A stretch of DNA of 64,000 nucleotides, taken from Candidatus Woesearchaeota archaeon (GTDB taxonomy: Archaea; Nanobdellota; Nanobdellia; SCGC-AAA011-G17; UBA489). The notes below the pieces were generated by a model. That model worked only from the letters and a program-made list of their open reading frames with translations, made no database searches and was not told the DNA's origin. This document shows, one piece after another, positions 1 through 8,293 of this stretch (the stretch's first letter is position 1; every line of letters starts with the position of its first letter). The translations under genes were made by a program, and so were the position numbers. Location: positions 10,281 to 74,280 of the forward strand of contig JAGVZA010000005.1 of the NCBI GenBank assembly GCA_018302985.1, in the 5' to 3' direction.

Positions 1-9
1 ATAGCGAAG

Positions 10-504
10 ATGATAAAAGATTTTCTTAATAATAAAAATAAAGATTTGACTAAATTTAAGTATTTTAATAATGAGCCTATAAATAAAAAAGTTAGTTTAT
101 TAGAAGGTTTTTCCAATGGGAATAAATTAAACCCAGAAGAATTAAAATTACATAATTTGCTTAATAAAATAAGAGCTAATCCACAAGGGCATTATACAAT
201 AAGGACCAAATACAATAACAAAATTATCTTTGACAATTTCGAAAAAATAAAAAACTGTTTGGTAGCTTATGAAGTAACAAGATCCTGTAATCAAAAAGGA
301 TTAATGGCCTTGGCTGGTAAGATTATCTATCTTAAGAAACTATATAAAAATTTAAAGATAATTGTAATATTAACAAGAAAGAAAAAACTACTAAACACAG
401 TAGCTGACAAAGCTCTTAAGGAATATACAGATGTTATTATAATCAAAAGTCAATATAATACAAAAGGTTTGATAAGTGCAAGAAATAAAATATTACAAAC
501 CTAA
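10..504 (+). CDS. hypothetical protein, 164 aa, Lys/Asn-rich
   Basis: Intact ORF with a 4-nt tail-to-tail overlap with ftsY. No domain recognised; the C-terminal KGLISARNKIL only faintly recalls a GT2 segment. Confidence 0.3.
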   Translation: MIKDFLNNKNKDLTKFKYFNNEPINKKVSLLEGFSNGNKLNPEELKLHNLLNKIRANPQGHYTIRTKYNNKIIFDNFEKIKNCLVAYEVTRSCNQKGLMALAGKIIYLKKLYKNLKIIVILTRKKKLLNTVADKALKEYTDVIIIKSQYNTKGLISARNKILQT

Positions 505-1829
505 AGTCCTAAGCTCTTTATGATTTCATCTTTATTAAACTCTTTAAGCCCAGAAACCAGTTGTCCTATCCCTAGATAAAGAATGGGTTTGCCAGTCACA
601 TAAGCAACAGAGATCATCGCTCCACCTTTGTCATCAACATCTGCTTTGGTTAAAATAATACCATCGATACCAATAGACTTGTTAAATTCATCTGCTTGAG
701 TTAGAACGTCATTTCCAGTGATGCTCTCGCCAATAAATATTTTTAAATCTGGCTTAACAACTCGAATAATCTTTTCCATTTCTCTCATAAGATTTGTATT
801 ACTGTGCTGTCTACCAGCCGTATCTAACAGTACAACATCAAGTTCATTTCTTTTCGCAAAATTGACAGTATCCCAACAAATAGCGGCACTATCAGAACCA
901 TATTGTTGTTTTATAACTTTAACACTTAAGCGTCTTCCCCATTCTTCAAGTTGTTCTATAGCCCCTTTTCTAAATGAATCTCCAGCTCCTAGAACAACAG
1001 ATAATTTATGTTCAAGACATAAGTTTGCAAATTTCGCGAGTGTTGTTGTTTTTCCTGCTCCATTCACGCCAACAAAAACAATCACATAAGGTTTGTCAGT
1101 TTTTTTCTTAATTGCTGCAAGAACATCAATGGTCGGAACACTCAACACTTTCTCTATGCTTTCTTTCAAACTTTTATGGATGATAACTTCAATCTGACCT
1201 CTTTGTAAAGGCTTGTCAACCAGTCTATATTTCAATTCAGTTTTAATTCTGTCAATAGCAGTAACAGCAACATTATTTTCCAGCATAACAACTTCTAATT
1301 CCCAGAAAAGTTCTTCAAATTTCTCTGGAGTAATTTTCTTAGTGACTATTTTCTCTTTGAGCTTGCCAAAAAATCCTTTTTTCTCTTCAACAGTTTCTTC
1401 TAAAACTTGTTCTTGAGGTTTGACTTCTTCTTTTTTCTCCTCTGGAACAGTAATCTCTTCTGCTACTTCCTCTTTCTTTTTGAATAAACGTGAGAAAAAT
1501 CCTTTTTTCTCTGCGGGTTGTTCTTCTGGTTTTATTTCTGGTGCTGCTGGTTCAACATGAGGTAGATCTTCTTCCTTAACTAGTTCTTCTTGAATTTCTT
1601 GGGCTTCTGCAACTGGTTCTTCTACGACAGAAATTTCCTTTTTACTTTTCTTTTCCTTTTTCGGTTTTTTTTCCTTTTTTGGCTTGCTCGGTTTCTCTAC
1701 CTTAGGCTTCTTAGTTACCTTTGGTTGCTCCACTACTTGTTCTACTACTTCTTCTGGAGCTTCCTCTTCAACCTTCTTGGTAATCTTGGCTAAGGCTGAT
1801 TTCAGTTTGTCCTTAAGGAACTTAAACAT
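501..1829 (-). CDS. ftsY: signal recognition particle receptor FtsY
   Basis: SRP GTPase motifs GVNGAGKTTT, DTAGRQH and TKADVDDKGG. N-terminal Lys/Glu/Pro-rich A-domain. Confidence 0.93.
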   Translation of the reverse strand: MFKFLKDKLKSALAKITKKVEEEAPEEVVEQVVEQPKVTKKPKVEKPSKPKKEKKPKKEKKSKKEISVVEEPVAEAQEIQEELVKEEDLPHVEPAAPEIKPEEQPAEKKGFFSRLFKKKEEVAEEITVPEEKKEEVKPQEQVLEETVEEKKGFFGKLKEKIVTKKITPEKFEELFWELEVVMLENNVAVTAIDRIKTELKYRLVDKPLQRGQIEVIIHKSLKESIEKVLSVPTIDVLAAIKKKTDKPYVIVFVGVNGAGKTTTLAKFANLCLEHKLSVVLGAGDSFRKGAIEQLEEWGRRLSVKVIKQQYGSDSAAICWDTVNFAKRNELDVVLLDTAGRQHSNTNLMREMEKIIRVVKPDLKIFIGESITGNDVLTQADEFNKSIGIDGIILTKADVDDKGGAMISVAYVTGKPILYLGIGQLVSGLKEFNKDEIIKSLGL

Positions 1830-1964
1830 GGTCTAGAAGGGCTGAAAATGGTATTTAAAGGTTTGGAGATGTTAGGAGCTTCAAATGAAATAGAGAATGT
1901 ATTCTAGAACTATGCAATCAGACTCTTGATATTTGTTTAATATATTCAATTGAAACCTTAAAAT

Positions 1965-2699
1965 CTATGTTTTAATGTCAAAATTTGAGACAATTTTCCT
2001 TGTCCTCTCACAATTACGTTTCATATCTTCTGATTCTTTTTCCTTCTCGAGAATCCATCGTATAAATTCAACAAAATTCCATCCGAAAAGTTTTTTATCT
2101 ATTTTTGGATATTTTTTATATAATTCAGCTCTTTTGCTTAAGGAATAGGAATGATACTGAAGTCCATCAAATTCATGAATAACAATTTCTTCACCAATAC
2201 CTGTTATTAAAGTCATCATCTGATGAGGTCTTATTCCGGTTAACACAATTAATGTTTGCTCTATAGACTGACAGATTTTCGCTATTTTTGAAGATTGTAG
2301 TGGAGAGAATTTATATCCTCTTTTATTATCAAGCACCCAGCGAAGTTGTGCTATTTTTTCCTTAGCATCTGACTTTTTCTGATCTATGAACCTGATGAGC
2401 ATAAAATAAGTATCTTTATTAACATTCAGGAATTGTAAAACATGACTATAAATTTCAGGCAGATCATTATATTGATATGATTGGGTCGTAACATTTTTAC
2501 CAATTTCGAAAAGCCCTAAAGAGGGGGTTAATACAAAACTTATTATCTTTTCGTTGAGTCCTTCAAGATATGCTAAGAACTCTGAATGATTTCTATCTAT
2601 TGGCTTTCGCATCGGCAATGCGAAATAATGCTCAATCCATTGCTCGTTTAAGATTTTATCTTCATAATTAGTTTTTTTAAAAAAGTTCATTTTAATCAC
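1965..2699 (-). CDS. hypothetical protein, 244 aa (last gene of the 4-gene cassette)
   Basis: Intact ORF with an 8-nt overlap with the upstream gene. No recognisable motif. Confidence 0.5.
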   Translation of the reverse strand: MIKMNFFKKTNYEDKILNEQWIEHYFALPMRKPIDRNHSEFLAYLEGLNEKIISFVLTPSLGLFEIGKNVTTQSYQYNDLPEIYSHVLQFLNVNKDTYFMLIRFIDQKKSDAKEKIAQLRWVLDNKRGYKFSPLQSSKIAKICQSIEQTLIVLTGIRPHQMMTLITGIGEEIVIHEFDGLQYHSYSLSKRAELYKKYPKIDKKLFGWNFVEFIRWILEKEKESEDMKRNCERTRKIVSNFDIKT

Positions 2700-3057
2700 T
2701 CGAAAAAGATTTTATTCTCCTCCTTATTTTTTTATTTTTCGTTAATTTGACGATATTACTTTTATAAAATGGTTCTCTACCAATACCTTTCTTTATAATC
2801 TTCACAACTGCATCCATAGTTTTTGGTTTTAATTCAACCAAATTAAAATAATGACTATCCCATTTAATCACATTTTTAATTACTCTTTCTTTAATTCTTC
2901 CTTTTAACACTCTATGGTATATAACAAAGCTGTCATATCCTAAATCGTCTTCATACTTTCCTTTTTCATAAGTAACACTTCTAGCAGAAATTATTTTCCT
3001 TCTTACACTTTGATTTTGTATTTTTTTATAGCCAAATAACCATTTAAAAAGGCTCAT
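2692..3057 (-). CDS. hypothetical basic protein, 121 aa (cassette gene 3)
   Basis: Intact ORF starting 3 nt after the stop of the 35-aa peptide ORF. Lys/Arg-rich. Confidence 0.45.
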   Translation of the reverse strand: MSLFKWLFGYKKIQNQSVRRKIISARSVTYEKGKYEDDLGYDSFVIYHRVLKGRIKERVIKNVIKWDSHYFNLVELKPKTMDAVVKIIKKGIGREPFYKSNIVKLTKNKKIRRRIKSFSSD

Positions 3058-3060
3058 CGT

Positions 3061-3168
3061 TCACCTAAGCTGTCCAAGAGCAGTCGTGCATGCTTGTATT
3101 GCAAAAATGATAACTATGATACCAACGATGACTATAACTGCAGTCCATGTTATTTCTTTAAGACTCAT
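3061..3168 (-). CDS. 35-aa single-pass membrane peptide (cassette gene 2, not in ORF track)
   Basis: Manual translation gives MSLKEITWTAVIVIVGIIVIIFAIQACTTALGQLR. Its ATG overlaps the upstream stop as ATGA (3165..3168). Confidence 0.3.
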   Translation of the reverse strand: MSLKEITWTAVIVIVGIIVIIFAIQACTTALGQLR

Positions 3169-3599
3169 TTGTCCATCCCCTCTATACTTAAACCAGATAT
3201 ACCAAACTTATTAAAGATGATTTTTGCGTTTTTTATTGCTTCTTCTTCAGTGGCTGCATAGTGGTAAGATCCTACGACTCTTTTATCTAATTGAAGCCAA
3301 AAATTGGGGGAGTTTGGTTCTCCATAAACTAAATGTGTATCTAAGTTATAAGGTGCATTTTGGGGTAAATCTTTAGAATCATATCTGATAAGTACAATGC
3401 CAACAACATTTGTCGCAGATCCAATAGTAAGGATTGCAATTTTTTGGTTATATTTTTCATCCAGTGTTATGAAATCGGGGACTTTGCTAAGAAAGGAGAA
3501 AATACTTCCTGATGGATGATTTGCGAGCAACATTTCTACAGTATTTGGTGGTAACTCTTCTATTTTGAAGAAGGGTTCTTTCATGGTAAACGGTGGCAT
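3165..3599 (-). CDS. hypothetical protein, 144 aa (cassette gene 1)
   Basis: Intact ORF. TATTTATAA box at 3620..3628 lies about 25 nt upstream of the ATG, suggesting a leaderless transcript. Confidence 0.5.
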   Translation of the reverse strand: MPPFTMKEPFFKIEELPPNTVEMLLANHPSGSIFSFLSKVPDFITLDEKYNQKIAILTIGSATNVVGIVLIRYDSKDLPQNAPYNLDTHLVYGEPNSPNFWLQLDKRVVGSYHYAATEEEAIKNAKIIFNKFGISGLSIEGMDK

Positions 3600-3738
3600 C
3601 TAAAAACAGGAGTAGCTATTATTTATAAAGAATACTAAGCAATCTGAGAAGTGTAAAAACAGGTATTTTTAGATAAATCATTGTATCTAGCTTGAAGAGA
3701 ATAAAAAACTATTTAAGTGTGAATGATTTAACAAAATC

Positions 3739-4086
3739 ATGCCTAGAGATTTTTCGGGAAAAATGATGAAGACGGATTTATTTGGTAGAAAAATTCCTAA
3801 GAAAGAGATTAAGAGAGAAGTTCTTGCTGAAAATAGGAGAAATGGTAAATATGCTGAAGAGAATTATAGAATGAGAGCTTCTATACAAGGATATGAAGTA
3901 GAAAGAACTGGAAAGGGTCATGATTATAGAGTTAGAAAAAGAGATCCATTCACAGGAAAAGTAACGTATAGTGGATTAAGAGAAATTAAATCAGGGAAAG
4001 CAAAACTATCAAGATTACAAGAGAAAACAAAAAAGAAAAAATCAAATTACAAAGTCGTAAGGGAAAATCCTTATTCTATTTGGTAA
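3739..4086 (+). CDS. small PD-(D/E)XK-fold nuclease-like protein (Hjc/restriction-endonuclease-like), 115 aa
   Basis: Order of acidic and Lys residues: AEENY ... GKGHDY ... REIKSGKAKLSRLQ, consistent with E..D..ExK. Divergent from the cassette promoter region. Confidence 0.4.
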   Translation: MPRDFSGKMMKTDLFGRKIPKKEIKREVLAENRRNGKYAEENYRMRASIQGYEVERTGKGHDYRVRKRDPFTGKVTYSGLREIKSGKAKLSRLQEKTKKKKSNYKVVRENPYSIW

Positions 4087-4993
4087 GATCAGAAAACAGC
4101 TGTTTCACGACCATAGTCGCATACGCTCCTTTCTGCAGCTCAAAGTGCAGTAAGCACTTAAAGTGCATCGGATGTAACTCATCCTCTGCATAAGTATAAG
4201 AGAAGTCCTTGACAGTAACATAGAGTGGACGTGCATCGCCTTCATACAAAAGTTCAGGCATCGACTTCAGCAAAAAATCCTCTTGATTTATTCCTTCTTT
4301 CTTCAGTAACGTTTTATACAGCGTCCCAACTTTTCCAGTAAGTTCTGTCAAAAAGCCAACTAAAGGAACAGTCTCCACATCTTCAACTTTATCAGCAACA
4401 GTATTCCAGAGATACGATTGATAACTCGAGACATACAACCGTAATAATCGTTTAGGAATATTTCTTAATGCTTTCAAATAGTCTTTGCCATCATAAGGTA
4501 ATTGCAGAAGATCACAAGCGTCTTTGAATCGTCCTTGAATTAATGCTTTCCCAACAGGAACATTATTTTTTTCTACACCAAACCTCTGATCATCAAAAAG
4601 ATTTTTGATTTTAGTAATCGAAAGTGCTTTCCTTTCAGGTAAATCTCTAACAATAATGTCAAATGTATTCGCTTCCAAATCTCCCAATCGTAAGCGTTTA
4701 TCTCCAGAGCCTTGATACGTCAACGTCACATCTGAAAGAGAAAATTGTTCAACTTTCTTCCTAGACACACCAAAAATAGAAATGAATTGAGTAGTCACAG
4801 CTTGTTTGTCCTTATTGCCAGCAAAGCCAATATCTTTCAGAGGAATCTGTAAGAAGTCTGCTAGTCGTTTGACAGCTCCTAGAGTAGTCCATCCCTTTTT
4901 CTGGAGCAAATAATAGTCATACTTCCCCTTGCCAAGAGGAAGCTGAGCTACTTCTCTAACTACAAAATCCTCAGGAAGAGTCTTAATTTGCAT
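4076..4993 (-). CDS. truD: tRNA pseudouridine synthase D (TruD/Pus7 family)
   Basis: N-terminal LPEDFVVREV and the catalytic-region motif GFAGNKDKQAVTTQ. Confidence 0.85.
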   Translation of the reverse strand: MQIKTLPEDFVVREVAQLPLGKGKYDYYLLQKKGWTTLGAVKRLADFLQIPLKDIGFAGNKDKQAVTTQFISIFGVSRKKVEQFSLSDVTLTYQGSGDKRLRLGDLEANTFDIIVRDLPERKALSITKIKNLFDDQRFGVEKNNVPVGKALIQGRFKDACDLLQLPYDGKDYLKALRNIPKRLLRLYVSSYQSYLWNTVADKVEDVETVPLVGFLTELTGKVGTLYKTLLKKEGINQEDFLLKSMPELLYEGDARPLYVTVKDFSYTYAEDELHPMHFKCLLHFELQKGAYATMVVKQLFSDLTK

Positions 4994-5024
4994 AAAAGAA
5001 ATAAGAAAATAAGTCTTTAATTAG

Positions 5025-5273
5025 TTACTGTTCATCTTTATGATAAATATCTAAAATATAGACTACATTCTTATCTCTGAAATATTCATAGGAAAGTCTA
5101 AAGGGTTTTATATATAATTCTCTAGTGCCTTTTCTAACATTCCTCATGGGCTTTCCAATCTCAGGATTTATTTTTATTTTTTCAACTTGTTTTATAATTT
5201 TTATTTTGATAGAGTTATCTTTTATTTTAGAAAACAATTCTTTAAACTTTTCATCAAAAATAACTTCTACCAT
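5025..5273 (-). CDS. RelE/ParE-family toxin
   Basis: 82 aa. C-terminal FRLSYEYFRDKNVVYILDIYHKDE is typical of the family. 7-nt overlap with the upstream AbrB-type gene. Confidence 0.65.
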   Translation of the reverse strand: MVEVIFDEKFKELFSKIKDNSIKIKIIKQVEKIKINPEIGKPMRNVRKGTRELYIKPFRLSYEYFRDKNVVYILDIYHKDEQ

Positions 5274-5536
5274 GTCTTCATTTCTTTGATAAACTCGTCA
5301 AAATCCAGTCTCTTTCCCTTGCCGGCTTCTATTCGCTTGTAAGCTTCTTCAGTTCTTCTTGCAAATTCGAGATCTTCTGCAAGTTGTTTATCAAACTTGT
5401 CTGCTTTTTTCAAGATGATTTGGTCATGGTTGCGAATAACAACTATTTTGTCCCCTTCAGCAAAGTCTTCTCTAAGTTCTTGAGGGATAACAATCTGTCC
5501 TTTAGAACTCATCTTAGTAATGTCGATTTTAGCCAT
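5267..5536 (-). CDS. AbrB/SpoVT-family antitoxin
   Basis: MAKIDITKMSSKGQIVIPQELRE swapped-hairpin motif. Start moved to the ATG at 5536; a TATA box (GAGTATATAAATC) lies about 30 nt upstream. Confidence 0.7.
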   Translation of the reverse strand: MAKIDITKMSSKGQIVIPQELREDFAEGDKIVVIRNHDQIILKKADKFDKQLAEDLEFARRTEEAYKRIEAGKGKRLDFDEFIKEMKTW

Positions 5537-5603
5537 AGTAAGAATAATCTTACTGAGTATATAAATCTTTTGTATTTCTCTCGATTGAATAGTTGAGTTA
5601 AGA

Positions 5604-5612
5604 GGTGACCAC
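5604..5612. repeat. GGTGACCAC site between the divergent antitoxin and Fic TATA boxes
   Basis: Inverted copy GTGGTCACC at 6585..6593 (11-bp perfect inverted repeat: 5602..5612 versus 6585..6595). Direct near-copy GGTGTCCAC at 6554..6562. Confidence 0.5.
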
Positions 5613-5654
5613 AAAAGAGATAGTTTTATATATGTGGGCACCCAATAATAAAGT

Positions 5655-6581
5655 ATGTATCTAGAGAAGAGAAAAATAGGTAAAAATATTAAATATTACT
5701 TAGTTCATTCTTATAGAGAGAAAAGTAAAGTTGAGAAGATTCGAAGATATTTAGGATCTAATCTTGGAGAAAAAGAGTTAGAAGAGCAGAGAAGAAAAGT
5801 TGAGAAGATAATAAAAGAAATAGTGGAAGAAAGGAGTACAAAAGTCTTCTTTTTTAGATTATCAAAAAAACAGGTAGAGTTGCTTAATAGAGAGGATAAA
5901 AAAATAGATATTACTCATCTGAATAAAAAAGAGTGGAAAAAGTTTACAGAAGAATTTGTATATAACACCAATGCAATTGAAGGTTCAACAGTACGAGAAG
6001 AAGAAGTTCCTGGAATTCTTGAGAAGCAAAAACCAGTTAATGCAGATGAGATGGAAACAAAAGGTGTTGCAAATGCAGTAGAATATATGAAAAAGACTAA
6101 GGAAAAGCTATCATTGCAAACAGTGTTAAAATTACATAAAGTATGTTTTGAAAGTTCTAAGTCCTTTGCTGGAAAATTCAGAGATGTTGATGTTGTAATA
6201 AGAGATTACCTTGGTAATGTTATTCATGCTGGTGTTCCAAAAGAAAAACTTTATGAGTATCTAAATGATTTAATGAGATGGTACCAAATAAATAAGAGGA
6301 AATTTAAGCCATTGACATTGGCAGCAATAATGCATAACCAGTTTGAGCATATCCATCCGTTTCAAGACGGCAATGGAAGAGTTGGGAGATTGTTGTTAAA
6401 TTTCATTCTTATAAAAAACAAGTATCCTCCTATAAACATAACCTTAGAAGATCGACAGGAATATTACCGAACCTTACAAGAATATTCAAAAAATGGAAAT
6501 CTTAAGCCTACAATAAAATTCTTGATAAAACAATATAAAAAAACTTTAAGAAGGGTGTCCACAAAGAAGGAAAAAAGCTAA
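5655..6581 (+). CDS. Fic/DOC family protein (probable AMPylase)
   Basis: Canonical Fic motif HPFQDGNGRVGR. TATA box TTTTATATAT lies about 25 nt upstream. Confidence 0.85.
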   Translation: MYLEKRKIGKNIKYYLVHSYREKSKVEKIRRYLGSNLGEKELEEQRRKVEKIIKEIVEERSTKVFFFRLSKKQVELLNREDKKIDITHLNKKEWKKFTEEFVYNTNAIEGSTVREEEVPGILEKQKPVNADEMETKGVANAVEYMKKTKEKLSLQTVLKLHKVCFESSKSFAGKFRDVDVVIRDYLGNVIHAGVPKEKLYEYLNDLMRWYQINKRKFKPLTLAAIMHNQFEHIHPFQDGNGRVGRLLLNFILIKNKYPPINITLEDRQEYYRTLQEYSKNGNLKPTIKFLIKQYKKTLRRVSTKKEKS

Positions 6582-6593
6582 AACGTGGTCACC
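6554..6593. repeat. imperfect hairpin GGTGTCCAC-N22-GTGGTCACC straddling the Fic stop codon
   Basis: 9-bp stem with one central mismatch. Same core sequence as the site at 5604..5612. Confidence 0.45.
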
Positions 6594-6752
6594 TCAAAGC
6601 TAAATCAAAAATGAAATCAATAAAGAAGTGGTTAATGGATAAAAAGATACTATTTCTATAGACGAAGCCATAGCTAAAGCGAAAAAGAGATATCAGAAAC
6701 ATAGAAAATAGAGTTCCACAATCTTTAAGTAATCCCAAAGAAGAAAAAAGCT

Positions 6753-7385
6753 ATGGATGAAGTTATTACTTATGAGAAATTGTATGATATTCTAAGAAAA
6801 GAGAAATATGCTCAAGAATTGCAGAAAATTGACAAGGATTTCTTTAGAAGCGTAGTAGAATATCTCAAGGAAAAGGAAGCTATCGCAGAATCCCAGAAAG
6901 GAAAAGAGTCTATATTCAGTGCAGAAGCAGAGAGCACTATTAAACAGGTCAGTAATATCAAAAAATTGATTAAAGAACTCTATGAAAAGAGAGAATACAA
7001 AATTATTCAGTTAGCTATGTTTGCATCTAGGATCGCTGACAAGGAAATTCCATCCGCACTGTTAACAGAAGAGCGCCCTTTATTTTTAGATGTAGTCAAC
7101 ATATTAAATGTCTATAGAGAGAGCATAGTCCAAAACGTCATTGAAAAACGTCTCCCTACACCAGGAGAGCAACCAAAAAGCATAAAAAGGGATTTCCTTG
7201 ACGACACAAAACAGAGTGACACTAAAGTAGTGCGCTTTATGCATGCCGTGCCAAAATTCGTGGCAAATGACATGAACACTTACGGTCCATTTGACGAGGA
7301 GGATACAGCAATCCTTCCCAACAAAGCAGCCGACGTCCTGATCGACAAAAAGAGAGCAGAGGAAATAAAACTTGAAAATCCCTAA
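6753..7385 (+). CDS. GINS-family DNA replication protein (Gins51/15-like)
   Basis: N-terminal ITYEKLYDILRKEK..ELQKIDKDFF and C-terminal VRFMHAVPKFVANDMNTYGPFDEEDTAILPNKAADVLI resemble archaeal GINS. Identified from memory only. Confidence 0.55.
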   Translation: MDEVITYEKLYDILRKEKYAQELQKIDKDFFRSVVEYLKEKEAIAESQKGKESIFSAEAESTIKQVSNIKKLIKELYEKREYKIIQLAMFASRIADKEIPSALLTEERPLFLDVVNILNVYRESIVQNVIEKRLPTPGEQPKSIKRDFLDDTKQSDTKVVRFMHAVPKFVANDMNTYGPFDEEDTAILPNKAADVLIDKKRAEEIKLENP

Positions 7386-7689
7386 GAAAGTCAACAGATT
7401 TTGCAGAAAGTGTAAGAAGCACACAGAGCATACTGTTAGTGTTGCAAAGAAGCGTGATCGTTCTGCATTGAAAAAAGGCTCTCTTCAGCGTCGTAGATTA
7501 CGCGGTCTAGAACGCGGTGCAGGAAACAAAGGTAAGTCTTCTCGTGGTGCTCTCTCTAGCTGGAAGATGTATGGTAAAAAAGGTTCTAAAAAAGGTGACT
7601 TCAGATATAAATGTGAAACATGTAATAAGATGTCAGTCCAACGTAAAGGCTTCAGAGCTAAGAAATTTGAAATCGTTGCTAAAGAATAA
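7372..7689 (+). CDS. rpl44e: 50S ribosomal protein L44e (eL42)
   Basis: KIPKKVNRFCRKCKKHTEHTV ... CETCNK zinc-ribbon pairs. Apparent TTG start overlaps the preceding gene by 14 nt. Confidence 0.9.
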   Translation: MKIPKKVNRFCRKCKKHTEHTVSVAKKRDRSALKKGSLQRRRLRGLERGAGNKGKSSRGALSSWKMYGKKGSKKGDFRYKCETCNKMSVQRKGFRAKKFEIVAKE

Positions 7690-7697
7690 TAATAAAA

Positions 7698-8288
7698 TTA
7701 ATTTTTTCTTGCGAGAATAAAAACTGCTAGTCCTACTAATAAGAAACCAAATAAGGAATAATAATCTGAGCTTGCGCTTACACTGCCAACAGCCATGCCT
7801 GTAACACGACTCTGATCTAAAGAGAAAACTCCCAAGGCAAACAAAAGAATAGCGGCTGCTTGTTTTGCTAGTTCTTTGGTAACAATATCAGTCAAGCGCA
7901 ATCTATGGAAAGGTTTCTTGGCTAATTCTTCAGGAGTAAATGCATGTAAGGCATCACTAAGTTGGTGTTGGGTGCGATAAAGAATATCATTAAAGTGTTT
8001 ATCTCTGATTTTGCCAGCTCTATAAGCGGTAATAGCTTTGTCTAAAGTAGTATAAGCTGCGCGAGTTGCGAAATCTTGACGTCGTTGATCAAATACAGCG
8101 CGTCGAGTGCGAAGCACGCCAAGTTCTTGAACAGTTTCCATCATATCTTCAGCGTCTGCTCTATGCCCTATAGCTTTCAATTCACGACTTAAGTGTTCGT
8201 AATTAGCTGTAGTATCACGTTTATACCATTTTTTAGTTGAGTCTTCTTTATATTTAGAATCAAATTGTGTTGTATAGCCTTTGGCCAT
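7698..8288 (-). CDS. hypothetical protein with a C-terminal TM - TGMAV - Ser-rich loop - TM - basic tail
   Basis: Intact 196-aa ORF. Soluble helical N-domain followed by LLFALGVFSLDQSRVTGMAVGS...FGFLLVGLAVFILARKN. Confidence 0.5.
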   Translation of the reverse strand: MAKGYTTQFDSKYKEDSTKKWYKRDTTANYEHLSRELKAIGHRADAEDMMETVQELGVLRTRRAVFDQRRQDFATRAAYTTLDKAITAYRAGKIRDKHFNDILYRTQHQLSDALHAFTPEELAKKPFHRLRLTDIVTKELAKQAAAILLFALGVFSLDQSRVTGMAVGSVSASSDYYSLFGFLLVGLAVFILARKN

Positions 8289-8293
8289 AAAGA

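Noticed and set aside
1640-1700. KPKKEKK-type nucleotide and peptide repeats in the ftsY 5' region as a possible tandem-repeat element
   Set aside because: This is the usual charged, low-complexity A-domain of FtsY. It is in frame and not an independent repeat element.
718-1793. Three plus-strand ORFs (718..1089, 1213..1416, 1590..1793) inside ftsY
   Set aside because: They are antisense to a clearly conserved FtsY reading frame. Their translations are low-complexity Ser/Phe/Leu-rich, typical of shadow ORFs in AT-rich, Lys/Glu-rich coding DNA.
5537-5641. 35-codon N-terminal extension of the AbrB antitoxin ORF (track start 5641)
   Set aside because: The AbrB fold begins at MAKIDITK (ATG 5536). 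The extension would cover the gene's own TATA box and the divergent Fic promoter region.
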